Shown in pieces: positions 27,602 through 37,105 of a DNA stretch of 64,000 nt; the stretch's first letter is position 1; the number at the start of each line of letters is the position of its first letter. The notes under the pieces were generated by a model that was given only the letters and a program-made list of their open reading frames with translations, had not been told where the DNA came from and made no database searches. The translations under genes and the position numbers were made by a program. This DNA is from Candidatus Sericytochromatia bacterium (GTDB lineage: Bacteria; Cyanobacteriota; Sericytochromatia; S15B-MN24; UBA4093), in assembly GCA_036676495.1 (NCBI GenBank), contig JAKFCT010000027.1, positions 22,680-86,679 on the forward strand, in the 5' to 3' direction.

Positions 27602-30600
27602 ATGACTTACCTCTCCGAACTCCAACGACGGGTCCTGGTCTACGACGGGGCCATGGGCACCCAGGTCCAGGCCGCCAACCTGAGCCCCGAGGACTACGGC
27701 GGCAAGGAAGGCTGCACGGATATCCTCGTCCTCACTCGTCCGGACGTGATCGAAGGCATCCACGTCCGCTACCTGGAAGCCGGAGCGGACGTCATCGAGA
27801 CCAACACCTTCGGCGGCAACCGCCTCAAGCTCGAAGAATACGGGCTGGGCGATCGCCTCTACGAACTCAACTACACCGCAGCCCAGCTCGCAAGGAAGGC
27901 CGCGGATCGGTTCTCCACGCCTGAGAAGCCCCGATTCGTGGCCGGCTCGATCGGCCCGACCGGCATGCTGCCGTCCTCGGACGACCCCATGCTCTCGGCG
28001 ATCACCTTCGACGAGCTGGAGGCTATGTTCCATGAGCAGGCCAAGGCCCTGGTCGAGGGCGGCTGCGACGTGCTCCTGATCGAAACCAGCCAGGACATCC
28101 TGGAGGTGAAGGCCGCCGTGGTGGGGATTCACCGCTACCTCAAGGAAGCCGGCCTGACGAGTAGCGCCTGCGGCCAGGAGAGTAGCAAGCGGATCGCCCT
28201 GCAAGTGCAGGTCACGCTCGACGTCTCCGGCCGCATGCTTCTGGGAACCGACATGGGGGCGGCGATCGCCACCCTCGAAGCCCTGCCCATCGACGTGATC
28301 GGCCTCAACTGCTCGACCGGCCCCGAGCACATGCGCGAGCCGGTCCGGATCCTCTCGGAACAGGCCACCCGCCCCATCTCGATCATCCCGAACGCCGGCC
28401 TTCCCCAGAACGTGAACGGCCAGGCCGTCTACCCGCTGGGAGCCGAGCCCATGGCCGAGGCCCTCCACGAGTTCGTCACCCTTTTCGGGGTGAGCATCGT
28501 GGGGGGCTGCTGCGGCACGGGGCCGGAGCATATCCGGGCGATCGCCGAGCGGGTCAAGGAACTTAAGAGCCCGGTGGATTCCCGCTTGCGCGGGAATGAC
28601 GGGCAGGAACGCGGTATCGGCGAGCCCGCGGTCTCCAGTGCCATGCGGGCGACATCCCTGCACCAGGAGCCCAAGCCCCTGATCATCGGCGAGCGGGTGA
28701 ACGCCCAGGGGAGCCGCAAGATGAAGCAGGCGCTCTTGGCGGACGATTACGACACGGTGCTCGCCGTGGCGCGCGAGCAGGTGGAAGGCGGAGCGCACGT
28801 GCTCGACGTCTGCGTGGCCCTTACGGAACGGGCCGACGAGGCCGAGCAGATGCGCAAGGTGGTGAAGAAGCTCGCCATGGGCATCGAAGCCCCCTTGATG
28901 ATCGACTCCACCGAAGCCTCGGTGATCGAGGCCGCCCTGAAGGCCTATCCGGGGCGCGCGATCATCAACTCGATCAACCTCGAGAACGGCCGCGCGCGCA
29001 TCGATGCGCTCGCTCCGCTGGCGGCCACCCACGGGGCGGCCCTGGTGGCGCTGACCATCGACGAGGAAGGCATGGCCAAGACCGTGGAGCGGAAGGTGGC
29101 GATCGCCAAGCGCATTCACGACATCGTGGTCGATGAGTACGGCCTGCCGCCCGAATCCTTGATCTTCGATGACCTGACCTTCACCCTGGCCACTGGAGAC
29201 GCCGAGTTCCGGCCCTCGGCCCAGGCGACGATCGAGGGCATTCGGGCCATCAAGGCCGAATTGCCCGGGGTGATGACCGTGCTGGGCGTCAGCAACGTCA
29301 GCTTCGGGCTGGCTCCGCATGCCCGGGCCGTTCTCAACTCGGTCTTCCTGTATCACTGCGTGCAGGCGGGACTGGACCTCGCCATCGTCAACCCGAGCCA
29401 TGTCACGCCCATCGCCGAGATCCCCGCCGAGCAGAGGGAACTGGCCGAGGCCCTGATCTTCAACCGCCAGGAAGACGCTCTCGCGCGGTTCATCGACTAC
29501 TACGAAACCAACAAGCCCCAGGCGACAAGCGGAAACGCGGTCGAGGATCCCACCGCCGGCATGACCGCCGAGGCGAAGATCCACTACCAGATCCTCCACC
29601 GCAAGAAGGACGGGATCGAGGCCCTGATCGACGAGGCCCTCACGCGCCAGAGCCCGGTGGACGTGCTCAACAACGTGCTGCTTCCCGCCATGAAGGACGT
29701 CGGCGACAAGTTCGGAGCCGGCGAGCTCATCCTGCCGTTCGTCCTGCAATCCGCCGAAGTCATGAAGAAAGCCGTCGCCTACCTCGAACAGTTCCTCGAG
29801 AAGAAGGAAGGCTACACCAAGGGCAAGGTCGTCCTCGCCACGGTCTACGGAGACGTTCACGACATCGGCAAAAACCTCGTGAACACCATCCTCTCCAACA
29901 ACGGCTACACCGTCTACGACCTGGGCAAGCAGGTTCCGGTGAATACGATCCTGGAAAAAGCCGAAGAAGTCGGGGCAGACGCCATCGGGTTGTCGGCGTT
30001 GCTGGTCTCGACCTCGAAGCAGATGCCTGCCGCCGTTCAAGAGCTTGCCAAGCGCAACCTCAAGTATCCCGTGATCATCGGGGGCGCCGCCATCAACCGG
30101 TCGTTCGGGCGGCGGATCAACTTCCTGGACGAGGAAGCCCTCTACGGGCCCGGGGTCTTCTACGCCAACGACGCCTTCGAGGGCCTGGCCATCATGGACG
30201 CGCTGACCTCGGAGCGGCGCGACGCGTTCATCGCGAAGATCCATGAGGAGGCCCGGAAGTCCAAGGAGCTGCAAGCCCAGCACCCCGTGGCCGCCCCTGC
30301 CAGCACGGGAGGGGAGCGGAGCGCGGTCAGGACGGATGTGGAGATTCCCACGCCTCCCTTCTGGGGGACGCGGGTGCTGCGCGAGATCCCGCTGGATGCG
30401 ATCTGGCCCTGCCTGGACCTCAAGAGCCTCTTCCGGCTCTCGTGGGGAGCCCGGGACGCCAACGGCGAGAAGTGGGTGGCCCTCTTGCGCGACGAGTTCA
30501 ACCCCCGCCTGGAGCGCATGAAAGCTCAGTTCGGAACGCCGGATGCCGAAGGCCGGCGCATCCTCGATCCCATGGTGGTCTACGGCTACTTCCCCTGCCA

Positions 30601-31237
30601 ATCCGAGGGTGAGAGCTTGATCGTCTACGATCCCCAGGACCCGCGCACCGAATTGACCCGGTTCAGCTTCCCGCGCCAACCCGACGGCGAGCGCCTCTGC
30701 CTCGCGGACTACTTCGCCTCGAAGGAATCCGGCCGCATGGACGTGGTCGCCCTGCAGGCCGTCACGGTGGGCCCCGGCTCGACCCAGGAGAACGAACGCA
30801 TGCAGGCGTCGGGGGATTACTCGGAGGCCTACTACCTGCACGGCCTCTCGGTCGAGGCCGCTGAAGCCCTCGCGGAGTACAGCCACCGCAATATCTTGCG
30901 GGAGCTGGGCCTAGACGAGCGGCCGGCCACCGAGCGAGGCAAGCGGTATAGCTGGGGATACCCGGCGATCCCCGACCTCGAGGACCATGAGAAGGTCTTC
31001 CAAGTCCTGCCCATCAGCGAAAGCCTGGGCATGACCCTGACCGAGTCGTTCCAGCTGGTGCCCGAGCAATCGACGCTGGCCATCGTGCTGCATCACCCGG
31101 AGGCCAAGTACTACGCCATCCGGCAGGCGCGGGGCGAGCGGGTGAGCGCACATCCCCGTCACTCCCGCGAAAGCGGGAGTCCAGTGGATTCCCGCTTTCG
31201 CGGGAATGACGGACCGAGGGGCGGGAGTGACACCTGA
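27602..31237 (+). CDS. metH: Cobalamin-dependent methionine synthase
   Basis: DGAMGT, GLNC and GGCCGT Zn site; pterin domain IGERVN; B12 motif GDVHDIGKNLV...GLSALL; activation domain RYSWGYPA, PEQS. Confidence 0.97.
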   Translation: MTYLSELQRRVLVYDGAMGTQVQAANLSPEDYGGKEGCTDILVLTRPDVIEGIHVRYLEAGADVIETNTFGGNRLKLEEYGLGDRLYELNYTAAQLARKAADRFSTPEKPRFVAGSIGPTGMLPSSDDPMLSAITFDELEAMFHEQAKALVEGGCDVLLIETSQDILEVKAAVVGIHRYLKEAGLTSSACGQESSKRIALQVQVTLDVSGRMLLGTDMGAAIATLEALPIDVIGLNCSTGPEHMREPVRILSEQATRPISIIPNAGLPQNVNGQAVYPLGAEPMAEALHEFVTLFGVSIVGGCCGTGPEHIRAIAERVKELKSPVDSRLRGNDGQERGIGEPAVSSAMRATSLHQEPKPLIIGERVNAQGSRKMKQALLADDYDTVLAVAREQVEGGAHVLDVCVALTERADEAEQMRKVVKKLAMGIEAPLMIDSTEASVIEAALKAYPGRAIINSINLENGRARIDALAPLAATHGAALVALTIDEEGMAKTVERKVAIAKRIHDIVVDEYGLPPESLIFDDLTFTLATGDAEFRPSAQATIEGIRAIKAELPGVMTVLGVSNVSFGLAPHARAVLNSVFLYHCVQAGLDLAIVNPSHVTPIAEIPAEQRELAEALIFNRQEDALARFIDYYETNKPQATSGNAVEDPTAGMTAEAKIHYQILHRKKDGIEALIDEALTRQSPVDVLNNVLLPAMKDVGDKFGAGELILPFVLQSAEVMKKAVAYLEQFLEKKEGYTKGKVVLATVYGDVHDIGKNLVNTILSNNGYTVYDLGKQVPVNTILEKAEEVGADAIGLSALLVSTSKQMPAAVQELAKRNLKYPVIIGGAAINRSFGRRINFLDEEALYGPGVFYANDAFEGLAIMDALTSERRDAFIAKIHEEARKSKELQAQHPVAAPASTGGERSAVRTDVEIPTPPFWGTRVLREIPLDAIWPCLDLKSLFRLSWGARDANGEKWVALLRDEFNPRLERMKAQFGTPDAEGRRILDPMVVYGYFPCQSEGESLIVYDPQDPRTELTRFSFPRQPDGERLCLADYFASKESGRMDVVALQAVTVGPGSTQENERMQASGDYSEAYYLHGLSVEAAEALAEYSHRNILRELGLDERPATERGKRYSWGYPAIPDLEDHEKVFQVLPISESLGMTLTESFQLVPEQSTLAIVLHHPEAKYYAIRQARGERVSAHPRHSRESGSPVDSRFRGNDGPRGGSDT
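28574..28600. repeat. dRS3/RPE-like palindrome in frame within metH
   Basis: GTGG-ATTCCC-GCTTGCGC-GGGAAT-GAC (ATTCCC-N8-GGGAAT), read as VDSRLRGND. Confidence 0.85.
31157..31211. repeat. Inverted pair of dRS3/RPE-like palindromes in the metH 3' end
   Basis: CGTCACTCCCGCGAAAGCGGGAGTCCA-G-TGGATTCCCGCTTTCGCGGGAATGACG. Confidence 0.88.
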
Positions 31238-31238
31238 T

Positions 31239-33065
31239 ATGAGTCGCAACTTCCGAGCGCTTCTGGAAGGCGATCGCGTCCACGTCTTCGACGGCGCCAT
31301 GGGCACGATGATCTATGCCAAGGGCGTCTTCATCAACCGCTGCTACGACGAGCTCTGCTTCAAGGAGCCCGAGCTCATCAAGGAGATTCACCGGGAGTAC
31401 GCCAAGGCGGGCGCCGAGATCGTCGAGACCAACACCTTCGGCGCCACCCGGCCCCACCTGAAGGCCTACGGCCTGGAGGACCAGGTCGAAGCCCTCAACA
31501 AGCGGGCGGCAGAGCTCGCGCGCCAGGCCGTCGGCGAGAGCCTTTACGTCGCCGGCGCCATCGGCCCGCTGGGAATCCGCCTGGAACCCTACGGTCCTAC
31601 CTCCTTCGAGGAAGCCAAGGACTTGTTCAAGGAAGCCGCCCGCGGCCTCCACGCGGGCGGGGTGGACTGCTTCGTGCTGGAGACGTTCAGCGATCTCCAG
31701 GAGATCCAGCAAGCTATCCGGGCCGTCCGGGAGGTCTGCGATCGCCCCATCATCGCGCAGGTGACCATCCAGGACGATGGCAAGACTTCGTACGGGGGCG
31801 ACCCCGCGGACATCGCCCGGGCGCTCGACCGCTGGGGGGCGGACGTCATCGGGCTGAACTGCTCGGTAGGCCCCGCCATTCTGCTCGAAGCCGTCGAGGC
31901 GATGGCCCAGGCGACGGGCAAGCCGCTGGCAGCGCAGCCGAACGCAGGCATGCCGCGGGAGGTCGAGGGGCGGAAGATGTACATGTCGAGCCCCGAGTAC
32001 ATGGCGAAGTACGCCAAGCGCCTGATCCAGGCGGGCGTGCGCTTCGTGGGAGGCTGCTGCGGGACCACGCCCGAGCATATCCGCCAGATGGCCGACGCCG
32101 TGCGGGCCCTCTCGCCGCGCCAGGCCATGAGCTTCGCGACCGTCACCGAGCGCGCGCAGGCGCAAGCCGTGGAGCCGGTTCCTCCGGCCGAGCGCTCGCG
32201 CCTCGGAGCCAAGATCGCGGCAGGCGAATTCGTCACCTCGGTCGAGATCGTTCCTCCCAAGGGCTGCGATCCGCGTCAGATGCTCTCAAGCGTCCGGCTG
32301 ATCAAGGAGGCCGGAGTGGACGCGGTGAACGTCCCCGACGGCCCGCGGGCCCAGAGCCGCATGAGCGCCATGGCCACCTCGCTCTTGATCGAGCGGGAAG
32401 TGGGGATCGAGGCGGTAGTCCACTACACCTGCCGGGATCGCAACCTCCTGGGCATGCAGTCGGACCTGCTGGGGGCCGCGGCCATGGGCCTGAACAACCT
32501 CCTGCTGGTCACGGGGGATCCCCCCAAGATGGGCCCCTACCCGCAGGCCACGGCGGTCTTCGACATCGACTCGATCGGCCTCACCAACATGGTCACCCAT
32601 CTCAACCACGGCCTGGACCTGGGCGGGAACCCCATCGGGAAGCCGACCTCGTTCACGATCGGGGTGGGGGTGAACCCCGGGGCGCTCGATCTCGACTACG
32701 AGCTGAAGCGCTTCGCCTACAAGGTGGAGGCCGGGGCCCAGTACGCCATCACCCAGCCCGTCTTCGACCCCAAGCAGCTGCTGGAGTTCCTGCGTCGGAT
32801 CGAGGGCTTCCGGATCCCGATCGTGGCGGGGATCTGGCCCCTGGCAAGCTACCGCAACGCGGAGTTCATGAGCAACGAGGTTCCGGGAGTGGTCATGCCG
32901 CCGTCGGTGCTGGAGCGGATGCGACGGGCGGAGACGCCCGAGGCGGCGCAGGCCGAGGGGGTGGCGATCGCCCGCGAGATGCTGGCCGAAGTGCGCGATG
33001 CCGTCCAGGGCGTGCAGGTCAGCGCGCCTCTCGGCAAGGTACCCCTGGCGATCGCCGTTTTCTAA
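31239..33065 (+). CDS. yitJ: Bifunctional homocysteine S-methyltransferase / methylenetetrahydrofolate reductase
   Basis: DGAMGT, GLNCSVGP, GGCCGTTP; MTHFR part VEIVPP, NVPDGP, HYTCRDRN, TGDPP, ITQPVF. Confidence 0.93.
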   Translation: MSRNFRALLEGDRVHVFDGAMGTMIYAKGVFINRCYDELCFKEPELIKEIHREYAKAGAEIVETNTFGATRPHLKAYGLEDQVEALNKRAAELARQAVGESLYVAGAIGPLGIRLEPYGPTSFEEAKDLFKEAARGLHAGGVDCFVLETFSDLQEIQQAIRAVREVCDRPIIAQVTIQDDGKTSYGGDPADIARALDRWGADVIGLNCSVGPAILLEAVEAMAQATGKPLAAQPNAGMPREVEGRKMYMSSPEYMAKYAKRLIQAGVRFVGGCCGTTPEHIRQMADAVRALSPRQAMSFATVTERAQAQAVEPVPPAERSRLGAKIAAGEFVTSVEIVPPKGCDPRQMLSSVRLIKEAGVDAVNVPDGPRAQSRMSAMATSLLIEREVGIEAVVHYTCRDRNLLGMQSDLLGAAAMGLNNLLLVTGDPPKMGPYPQATAVFDIDSIGLTNMVTHLNHGLDLGGNPIGKPTSFTIGVGVNPGALDLDYELKRFAYKVEAGAQYAITQPVFDPKQLLEFLRRIEGFRIPIVAGIWPLASYRNAEFMSNEVPGVVMPPSVLERMRRAETPEAAQAEGVAIAREMLAEVRDAVQGVQVSAPLGKVPLAIAVF

Positions 33066-33141
33066 GGGATCGCCAGGCGGCTTGAAGGTCGCCGGACGGC
33101 CTGGGGATCGTCGGACGGGTTGGGGGTCGTCAGACGGCCTG
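33066..33141. repeat. Four degenerate 19-bp tandem repeats between convergent yitJ and nrnA
   Basis: GGGATCGCCAGGCGGCTTG / AAGGTCGCCGGACGGCCTG / GGGATCGTCGGACGGGTTG / GGGGTCGTCAGACGGCCTG. Confidence 0.7.
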
Positions 33142-34119
33142 GACCTGCATGGCGGTGCGGGCGGCCGTGAGCATGAGCTCGACGGCGGCCGAGAGCGGCA
33201 CTTCCAGGCGGGCCCCCGAGACGCGGCGGTGGCCGCCTCCCCCGAAGGCACGGGCGATCGCATGGGCGTTCACCTTGCCCCGGGAGCGGATCGAGATCTT
33301 GATGGCTCCATCCGGAAGCTCCTTGAAGAGGAACCAGACCTCGGCCTTGCCGATCTTGGGTAGCTCCGAGAGGATGAGGTCCGTTTCCTCGATCCGGGCG
33401 CCGCAGGCCGCGAGCATGGCCTGGGTGATGGTGGCCCAGACGAGCCTTCCGCCGAGGTCCTCTTGAAGGTGGCCGAGGGCCATGCCCATGACGCGAAGGG
33501 CGCCGGCGGAGAGCTGCTCGTTGAGGTAGCGGTTGATTCGGGTGGGGTTGGCTCCGGCGTCGACCAGGCGGGCGGCGAGGCGGTAGGTCTCGGAGTTGGT
33601 CTTGTCGATGACGAAGCCGCGGGTGTCGTAGAGCATGCCGGCGTAGAGGGCGGTGGCGATCGCCGCGTCCATCTCCACTCCGAGCTCGAAGCCGAGCCGC
33701 GCGACCATCTCGGCGGTGGAGGCGGCGGACGGGTCCACCCAGGTCAGCTCCGCGAAGAACGCGTTGTCGAGGTGGTGGTCGATGTTCAGCCAGACGGGCG
33801 GCAGCTTGGCAGCCGGGTGGATCCGGCGGGGATCGCCGCAGTCGAGGACCACCGGGTGCCAGCCGTGGCTCGCGCCGTCGGCTTCCGGGGGCTCGTGGTC
33901 GATCGGGAAGAGGTCTTCGAGGAAGCGGCTGTCGAAGGGGACGGCCTCGGGGGTGTAGACCCTGGCTTCCTTGCCGAGCTTCTGGGCGATCAGCGCGAGC
34001 CCGACGGCCGCCCCCAGGGTATCGGGGTCGGGATCGACGTGGGGAACAGCGATCAGGTGGTCGATCCGGCGGATCGCGTCGGCGGTCTCGGCGAGGGTCA
34101 GCGGGCGGCCCTTGGGCAT
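33130..34119 (-). CDS. nrnA: DHH/DHHA1 oligoribonuclease / pAp phosphatase
   Basis: HVDPDPD, VLDC, IDHH, DT, SIRS, FGGGGH; AAGGAGG SD. Confidence 0.9.
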   Translation of the reverse strand: MPKGRPLTLAETADAIRRIDHLIAVPHVDPDPDTLGAAVGLALIAQKLGKEARVYTPEAVPFDSRFLEDLFPIDHEPPEADGASHGWHPVVLDCGDPRRIHPAAKLPPVWLNIDHHLDNAFFAELTWVDPSAASTAEMVARLGFELGVEMDAAIATALYAGMLYDTRGFVIDKTNSETYRLAARLVDAGANPTRINRYLNEQLSAGALRVMGMALGHLQEDLGGRLVWATITQAMLAACGARIEETDLILSELPKIGKAEVWFLFKELPDGAIKISIRSRGKVNAHAIARAFGGGGHRRVSGARLEVPLSAAVELMLTAARTAMQVQAV

Positions 34120-34142
34120 GGGGTTCCTCCTTGGCTGAGCCG

Positions 34143-34703
34143 CTAGCGGCGGGGACTGGCGCTTGCCAGGCGCCGGAGGGTGAGCGCGACGATCTCGGCG
34201 TCCTCGGCGTGGTCGAAGGAATAGTAGCCCTCGATGCGGGAGTCCTTGAGCACGACGACGGCGGGAGTGCGCTTGAGATGAAACTCGTCGCGGCTGTAGC
34301 GCAGCGGATCGAGGACCATGGGAAGCGTCAGCTTCTCGGCGGCGGCGCGGGCCTTCACGCGGTCGGGGAGATTGCGGACGAGGGCCTTGGAGTCCAGGTT
34401 GACCGCACGGAAGCGAACCCGTCCGTCGAAGGACGCCGCGAGCTTGCGGAGCGCGGCGAACATGGCGGGAAGCGGCGCCTGATCGTAGATCGACCAGAAG
34501 AGAAGGACCTCGGCTCCCTCGGACGGGATCGCATAGGTCTTGCCGTCGAGGCCCGGAAGCGTGGTGCTCGTGATCGGCATGCCCGGGGCCAGGGACGACA
34601 GCGAGGCGTCCATGTGGGCCCGAGCCGGGGGGGGCGCCGCGGCGAGGGCGGCGGCAGTCAGGGCCGCGGTAGTCAGCGCGGCCATCCATCCTCTTGCGTT
34701 CAC
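34143..34703 (-). CDS. Exported thioredoxin-fold (TlpA-like) protein lacking CxxC
   Basis: Signal peptide (ARA-H); LPGLDGK, LLFWSIYD, AVNLD, PMVLDP, cis-Pro TP. Confidence 0.7.
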   Translation of the reverse strand: MNARGWMAALTTAALTAAALAAAPPPARAHMDASLSSLAPGMPITSTTLPGLDGKTYAIPSEGAEVLLFWSIYDQAPLPAMFAALRKLAASFDGRVRFRAVNLDSKALVRNLPDRVKARAAAEKLTLPMVLDPLRYSRDEFHLKRTPAVVVLKDSRIEGYYSFDHAEDAEIVALTLRRLASASPRR

Positions 34704-34796
34704 CCCTCCATTATTCCCGAGATCATGCCGATTCGGATAGAGGGAAGTGGCAGGTTCAGGGGGCTAGCCCCCATGGTTGACGTTCGGCGGCCAGGG

Positions 34797-34802
34797 TATA
34801 AT
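34797..34802 (+). promoter_or_regulatory. -10 element (TATAAT) for the response regulator/trpG unit
   Basis: GGGTATAAT about 41 nt before the ATG. Confidence 0.5.
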
Positions 34803-34843
34803 TGGCTCAGTTGCTGGCAATCTCAGAGTGAAGAGTGGAGCAC

Positions 34844-35539
34844 ATGACAAAGATAATGGTGGTGGAGGACGAGCCCAACCTCCGCAAACTCCTCGAGGTG
34901 ATCATCGGAAAAGAAGGCTACCACGTGATGACGCTGGACGACGGTGAAGCCGCGCTCGACCAGCTCGAAGCCTTCGCTCCCGACCTCATTATCTCCGACA
35001 TCATGATGCCCCGGCTGGACGGCCTGGAGCTTTGCCGCAAGATTCGCGCCATGCCGCAGCACCAGAACACCCCCTTCGTGCTGCTGACCGCCAAGGACGA
35101 CCCCACCGACAAGTACCAAGGCTTCCGCGACGGAGCCGACGACTACGTCGTGAAGCCGTTCGATCCCGTCGAGCTGCTCTTCCGGATCGAGGCCCATTTG
35201 CGGCGCTCCCGGCAGAACTTCAAGGGCGCCGCCGAAGTCATCTCGGTCGGCTCGCTCGAGCTCGACCGGCGGAACTACCAGGCGAAGGTGGGCGATCGCG
35301 CCATCCAGCTCACCAAGTCCGAGTTCGCCATGCTCCACCACCTCATGAGCCACGCCGACCACGTGGTCTCGGCCGAGTCCATCCTGGTCGAGGCGCTGGG
35401 TTACCCCCCGCAAGCCGGCAGCTCCGAGATCATCCGCACGCATATCCGCAACATCCGGCAGAAGATCGAGGCGGATCCCGCGAACCCCACCATCATCCAG
35501 ACCGTCGCGCGCCACGGGTACACGATCAAGAGCGCATGA
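34844..35539 (+). CDS. OmpR/PhoB-family response regulator
   Basis: [23 protein letters not shown]; winged helix LTKSEF...[10 protein letters not shown]...IQTV.GY. Confidence 0.93.
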   Translation: MTKIMVVEDEPNLRKLLEVIIGKEGYHVMTLDDGEAALDQLEAFAPDLIISDIMMPRLDGLELCRKIRAMPQHQNTPFVLLTAKDDPTDKYQGFRDGADDYVVKPFDPVELLFRIEAHLRRSRQNFKGAAEVISVGSLELDRRNYQAKVGDRAIQLTKSEFAMLHHLMSHADHVVSAESILVEALGYPPQAGSSEIIRTHIRNIRQKIEADPANPTIIQTVARHGYTIKSA

Positions 35540-35546
35540 GGCCCTC

Positions 35547-36113
35547 ATGCTCCTGATGATCGACAACTACGATTCCTTCACCTACAACCTGGTCCAGTAC
35601 TTCGGGGAGCTGGGAGCGGAGGTGCAGGTCTACCGCAACGACGCCATCACCCTGGAAGCGATCGCGCAGCTGGCCCCCAGTCACCTGGTGATCTCGCCCG
35701 GCCCCGGCACGCCCGCCGAAGCCGGCATCTCCCGCGACGCCATCATGCGCTTCGGCGGCCAGATCCCCCTCTTGGGCGTCTGCCTGGGCCACCAGAGCCT
35801 CGGAGAGGTCTTCGGCGGCAAGGTCGTACGCGCGCCGATGCTGATGCACGGCAAGACCTCGCCCATCCACCATGCCGACCAGGGGGTCTTCCAGGGCCTG
35901 CCGCAGCCCTTCGAGGCGACCCGCTACCACTCCCTGATCGTCGAGCGCGAGGGGCTTCCGGACTGCCTGGAAGTGACCGCCTGGACGGAGGACGGCCTGA
36001 TCATGGGGCTCCGGCACAAGACCCTGCCCCGGCTGCAGGGCGTGCAGTTCCACCCCGAGTCGATCATGACCGAAGCGGGGCATGATCTCCTGAGGAACTT
36101 CCTGGCCAATTAA
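35547..36113 (+). CDS. trpG: Anthranilate/aminodeoxychorismate synthase component II
   Basis: [34 protein letters not shown]. Confidence 0.93.
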   Translation: MLLMIDNYDSFTYNLVQYFGELGAEVQVYRNDAITLEAIAQLAPSHLVISPGPGTPAEAGISRDAIMRFGGQIPLLGVCLGHQSLGEVFGGKVVRAPMLMHGKTSPIHHADQGVFQGLPQPFEATRYHSLIVEREGLPDCLEVTAWTEDGLIMGLRHKTLPRLQGVQFHPESIMTEAGHDLLRNFLAN

Positions 36114-36114
36114 C

Positions 36115-36137
36115 TTGTCCCCCGGGATGGGGGACAA
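36115..36137. terminator. Hairpin between trpG and moxR
   Basis: TTGTCCCCC-GGGAT-GGGGGACAA, 9-bp stem. Confidence 0.45.
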
Positions 36138-36154
36138 AGTAAGGAAGGTTGAGC

Positions 36155-37102
36155 ATGCCGCGCCGCGTGATCTCCAACATGCACCAGGCCATCATCGGGC
36201 AGGACCGCGCCCTCGACCTCGTCATGAGCGCCCTCCTGGCCGGCGGCCACATCCTGCTCGACGACGTGCCCGGCGTCGGCAAGACCCTCATGGCCAAGTC
36301 CCTGGCGCAGTCCATCGACGGCATCTTCAAGCGCATCCAGTTCTCTCCGGATCTGATGCCCTCGGACGTCACCGGCCTCAACATCTACACGCCCCCGAGC
36401 GAGTCCCAGAGCGGAAGGTTCCGCTTCATCCAGGGACCGGTCTTCGCCAACGTGCTCCTGGCCGACGAGATCAACCGCGCCAGCCCCCGCACCCAGGCCA
36501 GCTTGCTCGAAGCCATGGAGGAAGGCGTCGTCACGGTCGACGGCGAGACCCACCCCCTGCCCAAGCCCTTCCTGGTGATCGCCACCCAGAACCCGGTCGA
36601 GTTCCATGGCACCTTCCCGCTTCCCGAAGCCCAGCTGGATCGCTTCGCCGTGAGGTTGTCGCTGGGGTACCCGGCGGCCGAAGAGGAAGCGGAGCTGCTC
36701 CGCCGCTCGGCAGCGGGCGCCGCGGGCGCGACGCCCGGCCATGAGGGCGAGCGGATACACCCGGTGGTGACGCCCCAGGAACTGAGCGCCTGGCAGAAAG
36801 ACGTCCGCACGGTGCGGGTCGACCCCAGCCTCCAGGCCTACATCGTGCAGTTCGCCAACCTCACCCGCAACCACCCCCAGATCACCCTCGGCCTCAGCCC
36901 GCGCGGCAGCCTCACCTGGCAGCGGATCGCCCAGGCCTACGCGTACTTGCAGGGTCGGGGCTTCGTGACGCCGGACGATCTCAAGACGACGGCCGAGGCC
37001 GTGCTCGCGCACCGGTTGATCGTGTCGGGGCGCTCCTCGGGCACGCAGAGCAAGCACGCCCTGCTCGATGAGCTGCTCGGCTCCCAGCCCATCCCGGTCT
37101 AA
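36155..37102 (+). CDS. moxR: MoxR AAA+ ATPase
   Basis: DVPGVGKT, RIQFSPDLMPSDVTG, LADEINRA, ATQNP, LPEAQLDRF, SPR. Confidence 0.95.
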   Translation: MPRRVISNMHQAIIGQDRALDLVMSALLAGGHILLDDVPGVGKTLMAKSLAQSIDGIFKRIQFSPDLMPSDVTGLNIYTPPSESQSGRFRFIQGPVFANVLLADEINRASPRTQASLLEAMEEGVVTVDGETHPLPKPFLVIATQNPVEFHGTFPLPEAQLDRFAVRLSLGYPAAEEEAELLRRSAAGAAGATPGHEGERIHPVVTPQELSAWQKDVRTVRVDPSLQAYIVQFANLTRNHPQITLGLSPRGSLTWQRIAQAYAYLQGRGFVTPDDLKTTAEAVLAHRLIVSGRSSGTQSKHALLDELLGSQPIPV

Positions 37103-37105
37103 GCC

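Noticed and set aside
27371-30886. 1171-aa minus-strand ORF and other long overlapping ORFs (38493-40400, 50810-52669, 61575-63146, 59928-61238, 54238-55656)
   Set aside because: Antisense or alternate-frame shadows of well-supported genes, expected with high GC3; no recognisable motifs.
34777-34802. TTGACG...TATAAT as a canonical -35/-10 pair
   Set aside because: The spacer is only 14 nt; only the -10 was kept.
36111-36137. sigma28-like TAAC-N15-GGGGACAA upstream of moxR
   Set aside because: The same bases form a perfect 9-bp hairpin after the trpG stop, which is the simpler explanation.
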